Assembly: GCA_964467955.1 (NCBI GenBank)
Contig: CAYXTW010000003.1
Span: forward strand, 4,676 to 68,675
Direction: 5' to 3'
From: an uncultured Ignavibacteriaceae bacterium
GTDB taxonomy: Bacteria; Zixibacteria; MSB-5A5; GN15; PGXB01
DNA: 64,000 nt
Shown here: positions 9,645-19,252 of the stretch, piece after piece
How the letters are laid out: each line of letters opens with the position of its first letter
Position numbering within the stretch: the first letter of the stretch is position 1
Translations under genes and position numbers: made by a program
Notes under the pieces: generated by a model
Told to the model about the DNA's origin: nothing
Seen by the model: the letters and a program-made list of their open reading frames with translations, nothing else
Database searches by the model: none

Positions 9645-10206
9645 TATATTCCTCCATTCTCGGTTTTAGTCTTTCACGAAGCATGGCCCGGGCGCGATTT
9701 ACCCTCGATTTTACCGTCCCCAACGGGATATTCATGATCTTCGCGATTTCTTCATATGGCAACTCCTGGATATCGCGAAGTACAAAAGCTGTTCTGTACT
9801 TCTCCGGGAGTGTCGCCATCGCATTTTCGATAGCTTTGCCCAAATTACTGGGCAGTTTCATCTCGACCGCTATCTCGCTTTCCTTTCCCTGAAGATCAAA
9901 AATATCAAAGAACTTAAATCGCTTCCTCTTCCGCAGTTCGTTCCGCGCCAGGTTCAGGGCAATTGTATAAATCCAGGTTGAAAAACAGTGCTGGAAGTCA
10001 AAGGAATCGCGATGCTGATAAACACGCATAAAGGTTTCCTGCACGATATCCTCCGCTTCCTGCTGGCTGTTAATCATCCTTGTTATGACATTCATCAAAC
10101 GGTCTTTATACCTGGTCGCCAATTCATTGAAGGCCACCATGTCGCCGTTCTGAACTTTCCTTATTAAGTCATGGTCTATTTGTTTTTCAGTTTCTTTGCT
10201 TACCAC
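9601..10206 (-). CDS. ECF-type RNA polymerase sigma-70 factor (sigma-E/group 4)
   Basis: 201 aa. Region 2 (FNELATRYKDRLMNVITRMINSQQEAEDIVQETFMRVYQH) and region 4 (LRDIQELPYEEIAKIMNIPLGTVKSRVNRA) are both recognisable. Confidence 0.85.
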   Translation of the reverse strand: MVSKETEKQIDHDLIRKVQNGDMVAFNELATRYKDRLMNVITRMINSQQEAEDIVQETFMRVYQHRDSFDFQHCFSTWIYTIALNLARNELRKRKRFKFFDIFDLQGKESEIAVEMKLPSNLGKAIENAMATLPEKYRTAFVLRDIQELPYEEIAKIMNIPLGTVKSRVNRARAMLRERLKPRMEEYNALSKGTLLPVSLL

Positions 10207-10314
10207 ATTACCCCTATCTTTTAATAATTAATACATTCGGCCGTTTCAAAAGTTCCATTAATTCTCTGCCGTTTACATTTATAAGTCATTATCAAACAAT
10301 GGAATATAAATAAA

Positions 10315-11535
10315 TCAAAATAAATCCCACGGATACCCCGCTAAATATAAAACCAAACCTCCAAGAAATAATATTATTAAAGGTTTGGTAAGCAAACGGT
10401 ATACCTGACCCAAGTTCGATTTAAAATGTTCATTTGTCAATATTAAACAAAAATGAGTCGGTGAAAATATCATACCGACATAACCGGAAACAAAAGCCAG
10501 AAAAATATTGGCCAGGTTTATATCGGGATGATACAGATAACCGGCCAGCAATGGATATCCCAATCCCACCAGGGCAAAGAGGATTCCAGTCAGTAAACCG
10601 GCAGTAAATGACACGGCTATAATTACCAGATCGGCGGGAAGGCCAAATTCGGTCGAGAGTTGAGGAATCGAGCCGATCGCACCGGTCAGTTCCAGCATTT
10701 TCTGGAAGGTCAGAACACCATAAACAAGGACGGGCAGCCTGTAGGATATTGCCGATTTTCCGGCCTCACGAATAGGCAGCCATTTCGGCCTTTCAATAAT
10801 CAAAAGGGCGATTAAAGACAAAGCGACGGCATATAATAATTCGATTGAAAATATGGCCGCGATTAAAATCGCCAGAATGATCGGCCAGATTGTCGACAGT
10901 ATTTTTAAAAACGGCCTGAATAAATGTCCCATTCCTCGATTATTTACGTCTATTTTCCTGATTAAAAATATTATCCCGATCGGGATCATAAGTAACGTCA
11001 TCGGCAGCTGCATGAGGCAAATCGTTCCCAGGGGAACCGATGTCAAAGCCGCCGTCAGTATCAGACCGGGATAAATCGGCCAGCAGAATTCCATGACGTG
11101 CCGCGACCAGTAATTTACGGCGGTTTTAAAAGCCGGAGTGTATTTGTCGTCTGCCAGCACTTTTCCAACCAGTGGCGCCGATAACAGCGCCCCGCCCGGC
11201 ATCGGCATAAGCCCGACCAGGGCCGGAAGGACCGCTGAAGCTGTCCTGGCTCCACCAACGAGACTTTCGCTGGCATCGACAAGTCGGTCAAGGTAGCCCA
11301 ATTCTTTTAATAATCGCCCCAGAAAAGTAATTAAAATTATAATGGCGTATAAGGAAATAAACCGCTCCGAGAGCAGCACATCGCGATATCCCCCGAATAT
11401 TACAACGATATTCAATCGATATAATATTGCAGTCAGCAGACCGGCTCCGAAAAGAAGATAGCCGACGAAAATTTTGCTACGGATACCAATGACAATTAAG
11501 ATAAAGACAAGTGCCAATTTAATAAATTCAGTCAT
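10315..11535 (-). CDS. Polytopic inner-membrane protein, putative permease (possibly DUF401-like)
   Basis: 406 aa and almost entirely hydrophobic, with 10 or more predicted TM helices. No catalytic motifs. Family assignment is from memory only. Confidence 0.35.
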   Translation of the reverse strand: MTEFIKLALVFILIVIGIRSKIFVGYLLFGAGLLTAILYRLNIVVIFGGYRDVLLSERFISLYAIIILITFLGRLLKELGYLDRLVDASESLVGGARTASAVLPALVGLMPMPGGALLSAPLVGKVLADDKYTPAFKTAVNYWSRHVMEFCWPIYPGLILTAALTSVPLGTICLMQLPMTLLMIPIGIIFLIRKIDVNNRGMGHLFRPFLKILSTIWPIILAILIAAIFSIELLYAVALSLIALLIIERPKWLPIREAGKSAISYRLPVLVYGVLTFQKMLELTGAIGSIPQLSTEFGLPADLVIIAVSFTAGLLTGILFALVGLGYPLLAGYLYHPDINLANIFLAFVSGYVGMIFSPTHFCLILTNEHFKSNLGQVYRLLTKPLIILFLGGLVLYLAGYPWDLF

Positions 11536-11811
11536 AGGCCGCTAATATATTGGATTAACCGCATCTGTCAATGAATCAAACTGAATAGATAGAGTGCACG
11601 ACAACCCGAATACGGAACAATAATTGTGCATTATTGCCGGATAAAGCGCCGTAACATGCAGCGTTCATTGATCTTGGCTTTCCCCGGTGATTTGGTATGG
11701 AAATTGCAGTATTAACGATAGATAGTGGTAAGTAGTTTTATGTTGACGAGTTACGAAAAAAACAATAGTATCGCCGGTAAATGGATTTGTTTTGATTCTA
11801 AGGAGGTCAGG

Positions 11812-12624
11812 ATGCATTGGTCATTAAAAATGACGATCCAATTTGCCGGTATATTGTTTTTTGCCTGGATTCCCTCTTTTTCACAATCTCCCGATTATTA
11901 CGGCAGCGAACCGTCCGGCTCGCTTTACGAATTCGCGCCACGTATTTTAGTCGACGCCCCGACCGCGGGAACTCTTCAGCGCGGTTGTTTTGATATTGTC
12001 ATGCGCGTATATAACAATGGAGGTATTTTGGCCGGAGCGGCCATCGGCCTTTCCAACAGCCTTATGATTGGCATGTCATATGGTGCCGAGGGAATAATAT
12101 CTGACCGCTCCACGACTCGTGACCCACAGATAGAGTTTCAGGTCAAGCTCAAACTTATCAATGAGGAATATCTTTTGCCGGCTTTTGCAATCGGTTTTAA
12201 TTCCCAGGGATATGGGGCGTATCTTTATGACCGGCAGCGATATACATATAAATCGAAGGGGTTTTATGGGGTCGTCAGTCGTTCCTTTTATGTGGGCAGC
12301 ATCGGCGTCGGGGGCCATATAGGCATCAACTATTCGCTCGAGAATGACGTTGATCATGACAGAGAGCCATCGATTTATTTCGGCCTCGATGCCCGATTCG
12401 CTCATGACATTGGATTCGTCGCCGAATATGATATGGCTCTCAATGACGATCGAGCGAAAGCAGAATACGCCAAAGGCCGGGGATATCTAAACCTGGGGCT
12501 TAAATGGTTGTATAAAGAGAACCTGGAACTGGAGATAATTTTGCGCGATTTGTTTGTAAACCGCCGCGAAGGCGCGACGACATTTGGCCGAGAGTTACGT
12601 TTTACCTATATAGAATTTTTTTAA
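11812..12624 (+). CDS. Outer-membrane beta-barrel protein of unknown function
   Basis: Strong RBS AAGGAGG sits 6 nt before ATG 11812. Signal peptide is MHWSLKMTIQFAGILFFAWIPSFSQS. The body has alternating amphipathic strands rich in G/Y. C-terminus ...RFTYIEFF is a terminal-aromatic beta-signal. The ORF track's upstream extension (11725) lacks an RBS. Confidence 0.5.
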   Translation: MHWSLKMTIQFAGILFFAWIPSFSQSPDYYGSEPSGSLYEFAPRILVDAPTAGTLQRGCFDIVMRVYNNGGILAGAAIGLSNSLMIGMSYGAEGIISDRSTTRDPQIEFQVKLKLINEEYLLPAFAIGFNSQGYGAYLYDRQRYTYKSKGFYGVVSRSFYVGSIGVGGHIGINYSLENDVDHDREPSIYFGLDARFAHDIGFVAEYDMALNDDRAKAEYAKGRGYLNLGLKWLYKENLELEIILRDLFVNRREGATTFGRELRFTYIEFF

Positions 12625-12647
12625 TTTATGATTGGAGTTGATGTTTT

Positions 12648-13181
12648 ATGAAAAAATATGGAGTCTTATTAATTATTATGATTTTCACATTAATGACCGG
12701 TTCGGGATGTTATACTGTCCTCCAACATTCCAATGATGAGCAGGGTTCTGCGGATTATGGCGATAACTATAATGAAGATTACGGCTATTCGCAATACTAT
12801 TATCCCTCATATTGGACACTTAGCCCCCGATGGGGTCATTATTATGCCGTCCCGTGGTGGTGGGATTACGGTTTTTATCATGGCAGTAAAGATATTTATT
12901 ATGACGACGACGGTTCACCGCGATCTTCCGGTGGAGAAAAGGCCTTACCGGAAAGCCGCTTTCAGGAAGTGCAACCGCCCGGGGCGCCGGCTATCACCAG
13001 AGGGCCCTCCGCTTCAGGTTCATCCGGGGCATCATCTTCGCCGTCCGGCACCGCCTCAAAACAGAAACCGGCCGAACAGAAGTCTGACGCCGATTCGGAA
13101 AACGTAAAAACCAAAGAGAAACAGGAAGAGAGCGAAAGCAATAAACCGACCCGGGAAGCAGGAAGGTGGCATAAGAAATGA
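12648..13181 (+). CDS. Small Tyr/Trp/Asp-rich lipoprotein with a Ser/Gly/Lys/Glu-rich disordered tail
   Basis: 177 aa. Signal peptide plus Cys (MKKYGVLLIIMIFTLMTGSGC). Aromatic segment is YYYPSYWTLSPRWGHYYAVPWWWDYGFYHGSKDIYYDDDG. The stop overlaps the next gene's start by 4 nt. Confidence 0.5.
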   Translation: MKKYGVLLIIMIFTLMTGSGCYTVLQHSNDEQGSADYGDNYNEDYGYSQYYYPSYWTLSPRWGHYYAVPWWWDYGFYHGSKDIYYDDDGSPRSSGGEKALPESRFQEVQPPGAPAITRGPSASGSSGASSSPSGTASKQKPAEQKSDADSENVKTKEKQEESESNKPTREAGRWHKK

Positions 13182-14473
13182 ACAAACACATTTTCCTGTC
13201 AGGTGCCTTCCTTTTGTTCCTGTTTCCCCCGCTGGTTTTAGGTGGATATTTCAATGAGCTCGATGAGCCAATCGCCGGCAATTATTTCGGAATCGGTGCC
13301 CGACAGATGGCCATGGGCGGGGCCGGGATCATGTCGATGGATGGTACCGCTCTCTACTATAATCCGGCCAACTTGGCCCGGATACCGAGAATCGAATTTA
13401 ACCTGGGTCTATCATACCAGAAATATAAGGGCGCTTCCAGTACCCAATCGGTGGGATTATCTCAACAGTACAATGCCAGCGATACAAAAACGAATACGCG
13501 GTTGAATTCATTAATCCTTTCGATACCGTACCCGACCTATCGAGGTTCACTTGTTTTCGCCCTCGGCGTGGGACACCTGAATAATTTTGATAGACTCTCT
13601 AAATTTTATTATCAGGAAAATATCGGCGGAGCCATTACGTCGCTTGAGGAAGAGGCCTTTGAGTCCGGTGGTTTAAATCAATATGCTTTCGGATTCGGAA
13701 TGGATCTATCCCCTCGCATCTCTTTCGGGGGTTCCCTTATCTATCACAGCGGCAAGCACGAGTTTAATCTGAAATCTGATTTGTATCAGGCGGGAGCATA
13801 TGACCCGCTGAGCCAACTCCTTTCCTATAGATATTCGGGAATCGGTGCACAGCTCGGTGTTGCCATGCAGGTATCACGTCATCTGGGAATCGGGATAACG
13901 GTCGAATCGCCGACATCATTGAAGGTCAAGCAGGATGCCCGTTTGATAGAAAATGGCACCGAGACTTACGGATATGCGGAATATGATATTAAAAAGCCGT
14001 TTGCCTTTGCTTCGGGATTGGTCGCTCGTTTTAACAACTTTACCGGCATGGCCGATTTAAATTATATTGACTGGTCGCAACTGGAGTATGGCAATAATCC
14101 CGAAATGGAAATCGATTATAACAGCCAGTTTAAAGATTACTACAGGGAGGTCCTGAGTCTTAAAATGGGTGCCGAATATGTCTTTCCCGAACTGGGGCTC
14201 TCACTCAGGGGCGGCTATTTTAACAATCCACTACCTTTCAAAGACATCGAGCAAAGCGGCATTAAAACGTACGATGCCAAATCCCGGCAAGGATACAGCT
14301 TCGGCATCGGATTCCTGGTCGATCAAATGATGACGATTGATGTTGCTTATGTGCACGGCTCATACGAAAACGATTATTACAGAAACGCCATTGCCAATTT
14401 TAATAACTCCGTTTTACTGACGGAAAACGTCTCTTACAATCGTGTCTACCTGACCGGCGCCTACAGATTTTAG
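13178..14473 (+). CDS. Outer-membrane beta-barrel, FadL/PorV-PorQ-like family
   Basis: 431 aa with a signal peptide. N-terminal GARQMAMGGAG motif resembles the PorV/UPF0164/FadL-like family. C-terminus ...VYLTGAYRF is an aromatic beta-signal. Family call is from memory of motifs. Confidence 0.45.
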   Translation: MNKHIFLSGAFLLFLFPPLVLGGYFNELDEPIAGNYFGIGARQMAMGGAGIMSMDGTALYYNPANLARIPRIEFNLGLSYQKYKGASSTQSVGLSQQYNASDTKTNTRLNSLILSIPYPTYRGSLVFALGVGHLNNFDRLSKFYYQENIGGAITSLEEEAFESGGLNQYAFGFGMDLSPRISFGGSLIYHSGKHEFNLKSDLYQAGAYDPLSQLLSYRYSGIGAQLGVAMQVSRHLGIGITVESPTSLKVKQDARLIENGTETYGYAEYDIKKPFAFASGLVARFNNFTGMADLNYIDWSQLEYGNNPEMEIDYNSQFKDYYREVLSLKMGAEYVFPELGLSLRGGYFNNPLPFKDIEQSGIKTYDAKSRQGYSFGIGFLVDQMMTIDVAYVHGSYENDYYRNAIANFNNSVLLTENVSYNRVYLTGAYRF

Positions 14474-14495
14474 AATTATAGTAGCTTATTAATAG

Positions 14496-14530
14496 GCGGT
14501 TCGCATTTGGGCCGCCTTTTTATTTTTTAT
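14496..14530. terminator. Rho-independent terminator after the outer-membrane operon (plus strand), possibly bidirectional with the creatininase gene
   Basis: GGCGG-ttcgcatttggg-CCGCC followed by TTTTTATTTTTTAT. Confidence 0.5.
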
Positions 14531-15259
14531 CTAAATCTTATCCCAGCGGGCAAAAATAAGGCGGATATAATTTTCGATGTATTCGAATACTTTTTTCTGA
14601 AATTCTCCGGCTTTGGTTAGATCGAAATCCGGCAGCCCCTCCCCTTCCCGGTAAAGAAGTATCGAGCCGGGAATCGGATAAATATCGGCGCCCGGCCGAT
14701 ACAAGTACGGCATGTTTTCATCATAAAGCGACTTATCGACATAGCTTTCATCAATCGCCTGCACCATTGCGGTTTCATCGATACCGGCATGTCCCCCTTC
14801 CTGACCGTAAAACTCCTTGACCAGATCATCGCACAGCATCCACCAGTGTATCACCGCTATCTTCTTTCTATATGTATTAAAAAACTGCAAGGCCGCCGAT
14901 TTCAGCTCGTTATTATTGCCGCCATGACCATTAAGAATAACTATGCGTTTGAATCCGACATCATGCAGAGATTTCAAAATATCGGTTACAACCATTTCAA
15001 AACTCTCCGGTCTTAGTGTCAACGAACCGGGATAACCATACAATGATTTCGTGATACCGTAATTCAAAATCGGCGCAATCAGGCATTCGATCTTGCCGGC
15101 CAGATATTCCGCCATCGATTGGGGAATCAGATTATCGGTTCCCAGTGCAGCCGCACCGTGAGCTTCGACAGTCCCGACCGGGAACAGGACAGTATCGATT
15201 TTATGGGGAACCAGTTCCTGTATTTTTTTCCAGCTGAGTTTCTGCAATTCTTTTTGCAT
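14531..15259 (-). CDS. Creatininase-family amidohydrolase
   Basis: 242 aa. Family motifs are present: PVGTVEAHGAAALGTD, ILNGHGGN and HAGIDETA. Confidence 0.8.
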   Translation of the reverse strand: MQKELQKLSWKKIQELVPHKIDTVLFPVGTVEAHGAAALGTDNLIPQSMAEYLAGKIECLIAPILNYGITKSLYGYPGSLTLRPESFEMVVTDILKSLHDVGFKRIVILNGHGGNNNELKSAALQFFNTYRKKIAVIHWWMLCDDLVKEFYGQEGGHAGIDETAMVQAIDESYVDKSLYDENMPYLYRPGADIYPIPGSILLYREGEGLPDFDLTKAGEFQKKVFEYIENYIRLIFARWDKI

Positions 15260-15267
15260 GTTCGGCC

Positions 15268-16011
15268 CTACTTGTTCAGGATTCGTTCAAGGACTTTTTC
15301 AGTTTCTTTGGCGCAGATTTCATCGCCCTCGAGTCGATATTGATTTATATCACGCACCAGATATTCCAAATCCTCATTATGTTCGACCGCATACCACAAC
15401 TCAAGTTCAGACCAGCTCAGTCCCTTTTCCTTAAAATGAGCCGCCACCTCCGAATAAATATTGGGCGACCGCCAGTCAAAAGCCGACAGGTCGACATGAC
15501 ATTTTTCCGACATCCCCAGCAAATAGTACCTGCCTTCAACCGTCGGCCCGAAAATGGCGTCCGATTTTTTTAGAAGTTTCAGCGCCAGTTTCAACATCTT
15601 TGCCTTCAGTGTCGGTGTCCGGCTGCCAATAAGAAGAACATGTTGATAACCTCCGGAAAAACAATGCTGGAAAACCTTCTCCATCTTGATGCCCCAGCGA
15701 TCGGGCGGCAGAGCAGTGACGCAAAGCCCGTTGGAAAGAATTCTGGCTTTTTTCCCTTTCAGTTTACCCGAGAGGTACTTAATTATCGTATCGACGCCCT
15801 TTTTTGTACTCGGCAAATCGGCATAGAATAGGTGTAAATCGATTGAGTTTAATTCAAGGACATTGACGATCGTATCGGCAATAAACGCATGATGCAAGAA
15901 ATCGATTTCTTCGGCATTGAAATTATCGCCGATGTTCATCTCCGAGCCGTCTTCGACAACCTCCTGAACACATATGGCCAGAGCTGAATGATTCTTTTTC
16001 GGTGCGGGCAT
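15268..16011 (-). CDS. DUF2064-like nucleotidyltransferase-fold protein (MobA-like)
   Basis: 247 aa. The segment ...VLLIGSRTP...GRYYLLG... resembles the DUF2064/TIGR04282 family. Call is from memory. Confidence 0.35.
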   Translation of the reverse strand: MPAPKKNHSALAICVQEVVEDGSEMNIGDNFNAEEIDFLHHAFIADTIVNVLELNSIDLHLFYADLPSTKKGVDTIIKYLSGKLKGKKARILSNGLCVTALPPDRWGIKMEKVFQHCFSGGYQHVLLIGSRTPTLKAKMLKLALKLLKKSDAIFGPTVEGRYYLLGMSEKCHVDLSAFDWRSPNIYSEVAAHFKEKGLSWSELELWYAVEHNEDLEYLVRDINQYRLEGDEICAKETEKVLERILNK

Positions 16012-16116
16012 ATCAAATCACAAATATTTTTTCAATTAATTCAATCCGTGCAAATATAAAATGATGAGTCACCGCCGTCAAGCGGTTGAAGGTATTTTTT
16101 GCGGCTAAAAATATAT

Positions 16117-16860
16117 CTAACCCATATTAAGTCCCGGGAACGCCTGCAAAAGATAATTGGCGATGACCTGAAACAGGTTGAAGAATATCAGTACACCTAT
16201 GACCATCAGCAATGAACCCGAAATAATTTCCACGGCGCGGAAATGTCGCTTGATGAATCCGAAGATGCCAATCAGCCAATTGAAAAGGAGTGCCGTCAGG
16301 ATAAATGGTATGCCCAAACCGGCGGAATAGAAAGACAGCAGCAAAACGCCCTGGCCGACCGTATTCTGGCCGGCCGCCAGCGTCAAAATAGAACCAAGAA
16401 TAGGCCCGATACATGGTGTCCATCCGAACGCGAAAGCCATCCCGATTATTACCGATCCGAGAATTCCGAATTTCTTTTCGGATGTGTGAAATCTTTTTTC
16501 ATAGTTGAGGGCCCTAATTTTAAAAACTCCGGCAACATGCAGACCAAAGAGAAAAATAAGAACGCCGCCGATTTTACTCATGAGTTCCCTATTCTCGAAC
16601 AGCCAGCCGCCGATGAATGAAGCCGAGGCGCCCATGGCAATAAAAACAAGCGAAAAACCGATGACGAAAAAGACCGTATTAACCGCGATGCGGCCAAGAT
16701 GTTTGCCGGCCTTATCCTTATCGGTCAGCTCGTCAAGAGATACCCCCGAAATAAAAGATATATAACCGGGGATCAGGGGCAGGACACACGGTGATACAAA
16801 CGACAATCCTCCCGCAAGTAGGGCGCTAAAATAGCCTACGCTTACGCTGGTTTCAAACAT
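16117..16860 (-). CDS. ccdA: Cytochrome c-type biogenesis / thiol:disulfide transfer membrane protein CcdA (DsbD transmembrane domain)
   Basis: 247 aa with 6 TM helices. The conserved Cys residues sit in FVSPCVLPLIPGY and FGWTPCIGPILG. Confidence 0.85.
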   Translation of the reverse strand: MFETSVSVGYFSALLAGGLSFVSPCVLPLIPGYISFISGVSLDELTDKDKAGKHLGRIAVNTVFFVIGFSLVFIAMGASASFIGGWLFENRELMSKIGGVLIFLFGLHVAGVFKIRALNYEKRFHTSEKKFGILGSVIIGMAFAFGWTPCIGPILGSILTLAAGQNTVGQGVLLLSFYSAGLGIPFILTALLFNWLIGIFGFIKRHFRAVEIISGSLLMVIGVLIFFNLFQVIANYLLQAFPGLNMG

Positions 16861-16918
16861 ATCGGCTCCTCATCTTTTCCTATGATAATCTCGCTGATAA
16901 TTTCGAATTTTCGGCAGT

Positions 16919-18235
16919 CTATTTCGAACCTGAAATCAGGTCTTTGAGGTCATTTTGAATGATTTTATAAATTTTATCCTTATCTATTTTATCGACTATT
17001 TTCTTAGCCAGCTTCTCCGATAAAAGTCCTACCAGATTATTGCAGAAATGCCTGACTTCTTCTTCAATCTGTTCCGCAGATAAAACTGCTTCGGCTTTCT
17101 TTGCTTCTTTTTCAATAACTTGCGTACTTACTGTTTCCGCCGTTGATTTCCCGGCCGGAGTCCTGGTTTTTTGCGGAGATGCACTGCCCATTTCCGTACT
17201 TATCCGTTCAGCCTCTTCTTTGAAATCCGATATGAATTTATCCACGCCGCCCGGCGTTATTTCTGCCTGAGATTTTGCTTTGTCCGAATATCCCTTACTT
17301 TCTTTAGGACGCGGAGGATTAACCGGTTCAATGGCATCACTGGCCGGTGTTTTTTTGAGTTCAGATTTATCTGTTTCGGCTTTCAGAGACTTGCCATCGG
17401 GCCCCACCGTCTCCTTTTTCATTTCATCGATAAACCAGTCATAATCATGTTCCTTATCAGGTTTCGGCTTTGCCGTTATTTTTTCCGGGACTGCCTTTGG
17501 TTCCACAAGACCGTACTGGTCTGATGCAATTTCTATCTTTGATGCCTTCGGAAATTCGCCTTTCTTTTGCTGGTCAGCCAGGACCTGACCGCTATCCTCG
17601 TCACGTATCAATAATGACTCGACCGTTTCGGCCTTATCAGATTTGCCGCCCTCATCGAAATCCGGCTGGTGCGTATCAAAAACATCTTTCTTTTTTGATT
17701 TTTCCGTCGATTTCCTTATTTGAGTAATGCCCGTTTGATTAAGAACCTCCGATTCTTCGACTTCGATATTATCTACTCCCAGGGCCGAATCGAGAAACTC
17801 ATCATCAACGGAATCCATCGGAAATGATTCATCGGTGCCCGGGCCTCCAGGCGTATCCGCATCCAATCCACCCCCGACGAACAGCTTTACTCTTTCGAGA
17901 AACTCACCCGGATCGAAGGGGCGGGGAAGAATTACTTCTTCAGGATAAGGTAACGACCTGCCGTCAGGATCAGAGATTATAAGAAGAGGTATCGATGACG
18001 TAACGTCATTCTCCTCCAGGGAATCATAGAGATAATTGCCTCCCGCATCCTGAAGGTCAGCGCCGATAATAACCATATTCGGCCGCACGGCAATAATCAG
18101 CTCTTTGGCTTTTTCGATATTCGACGCCGATAAGACATCATAGCCGTTTTGATGAAGGATGGTTTCCGCAATGCTTCTAATGGCATCGGACTTTTCCGCA
18201 ACCACGATTTTTTTTCTCATTATAGTCCCCGACAC
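16919..18235 (-). CDS. Response-regulator receiver domain protein with a long disordered charged linker and a C-terminal helical region; no recognisable output domain
   Basis: 438 aa. The first roughly 120 aa form a CheY-like fold (KIVVAEKSD...VIIGADL...LLIISD...). About 300 aa of D/E/K/P/S-rich low-complexity sequence follow. The receiver Lys position appears to be Arg (LPRPF). Confidence 0.55.
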   Translation of the reverse strand: MSGTIMRKKIVVAEKSDAIRSIAETILHQNGYDVLSASNIEKAKELIIAVRPNMVIIGADLQDAGGNYLYDSLEENDVTSSIPLLIISDPDGRSLPYPEEVILPRPFDPGEFLERVKLFVGGGLDADTPGGPGTDESFPMDSVDDEFLDSALGVDNIEVEESEVLNQTGITQIRKSTEKSKKKDVFDTHQPDFDEGGKSDKAETVESLLIRDEDSGQVLADQQKKGEFPKASKIEIASDQYGLVEPKAVPEKITAKPKPDKEHDYDWFIDEMKKETVGPDGKSLKAETDKSELKKTPASDAIEPVNPPRPKESKGYSDKAKSQAEITPGGVDKFISDFKEEAERISTEMGSASPQKTRTPAGKSTAETVSTQVIEKEAKKAEAVLSAEQIEEEVRHFCNNLVGLLSEKLAKKIVDKIDKDKIYKIIQNDLKDLISGSK

Positions 18236-18238
18236 ATA

Positions 18239-19069
18239 CTAATGCTTGTCATTCTTGGATAGAATTTCGCTGGCGTTCTCGAGAAATTTCTTGTCTTCGC
18301 GGGAAATATTCTCAATACCGACTTCATTTATTTTGTCTAGAATATTATCGACACGTTTCATAATTTCTCCGGCCTGCTGGCGTTTCTTTTCAAGCTTCTT
18401 TTCCTGTTTTTTGATACGCCTCCTTTTAAACCACATGGACGGCCGATACAGACGCCAGTCAAGCTTTATATACGCCAGACCAACCAGGGCGCCCCCAAGA
18501 TGCGCCAGATGCGCCACATGCGGACCCGACGCCACAAAATTCAAAATAGCCAGTAACGGAATCGCCCAGCGGACCTTCATCGGAAACAGGAAAAAAATCA
18601 ACAGCGTCCGGTCCGGAAACATTAGCCAGTAGGCCGCCAGAATACCGTAAATCGCGCCTGAGGCACCAATTATCGGATTGGCCAGATTGTAATTAAAAAT
18701 TAGAGAAAGAAAGGCTCCGCCAAGACCGCAATATATGTAATATTTGAAAAACGGCCTGGAACCCCATTTATATTCAATCTCGGTTCCGAACATCCACAGA
18801 ACAAGCATGTTAAACAGAATATGAAAAAAACCGGCATGTAAGAACATGTATGTAAACGCCTGATACAGGCGATAGAGATTATTGGGAAAGTCGCTATATA
18901 TTTTCGCCGGCACCAGACCGAAAATCGGCTCCAGCCGAATCGACGAAAGCCCCTGAAGCAGGAAAACAACGCCATTGGCGATAATCAGGTATTTGATTAC
19001 CGGACTGATTGAGCCCGGTCCGATCCGAAAACCGCTTTGGAAACCTCGATAATTGCTATATGGCCTCAT
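18239..19069 (-). CDS. Rhomboid-family intramembrane serine protease with a C-terminal coiled-coil extension
   Basis: 276 aa. GASGAIYGIL carries the catalytic Ser and AHLAHLGGALVGL the catalytic His. The tail is KRRRIKKQEKKLEKKRQQ... Confidence 0.8.
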   Translation of the reverse strand: MRPYSNYRGFQSGFRIGPGSISPVIKYLIIANGVVFLLQGLSSIRLEPIFGLVPAKIYSDFPNNLYRLYQAFTYMFLHAGFFHILFNMLVLWMFGTEIEYKWGSRPFFKYYIYCGLGGAFLSLIFNYNLANPIIGASGAIYGILAAYWLMFPDRTLLIFFLFPMKVRWAIPLLAILNFVASGPHVAHLAHLGGALVGLAYIKLDWRLYRPSMWFKRRRIKKQEKKLEKKRQQAGEIMKRVDNILDKINEVGIENISREDKKFLENASEILSKNDKH

Positions 19070-19252
19070 ACTTCATCCTATCGGCATTCCTTTTGCCCGC
19101 CTTAAACCGTTTATATTCTATGAATAACAAGGGCCAAAGTCAACAATTATAAGCGGTTTTCCTTGACCTTAATCCCCAAGATTGCCCCCCTTTTGTCGAT
19201 CAATCTTATTCTGTCTGTCTTCATTCAACTGAATGTCACAACTTGTGGGCAC

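Noticed and set aside
11536-11811. Possible ECF sigma-E-type promoter (GGAAC at about 11608) upstream of the outer-membrane operon.
   Set aside because: Only the -35-like pentamer is present. No convincing -10 (TCnAA-like) lies at the right spacing, so I record it only as a place to look.
12733-13107. 124-aa alternative-frame ORF inside the lipoprotein gene.
   Set aside because: It has no signal peptide and an Arg/Pro-rich product. The overlapping frame has a signal peptide, a lipobox Cys and a 4-nt coupled junction with the next gene.
16127-16620. ORFs 16127..16423 and 16243..16620 overlapping ccdA.
   Set aside because: They are same-locus alternative or antisense frames of a well-supported 6-TM CcdA gene and their products have no recognisable features.
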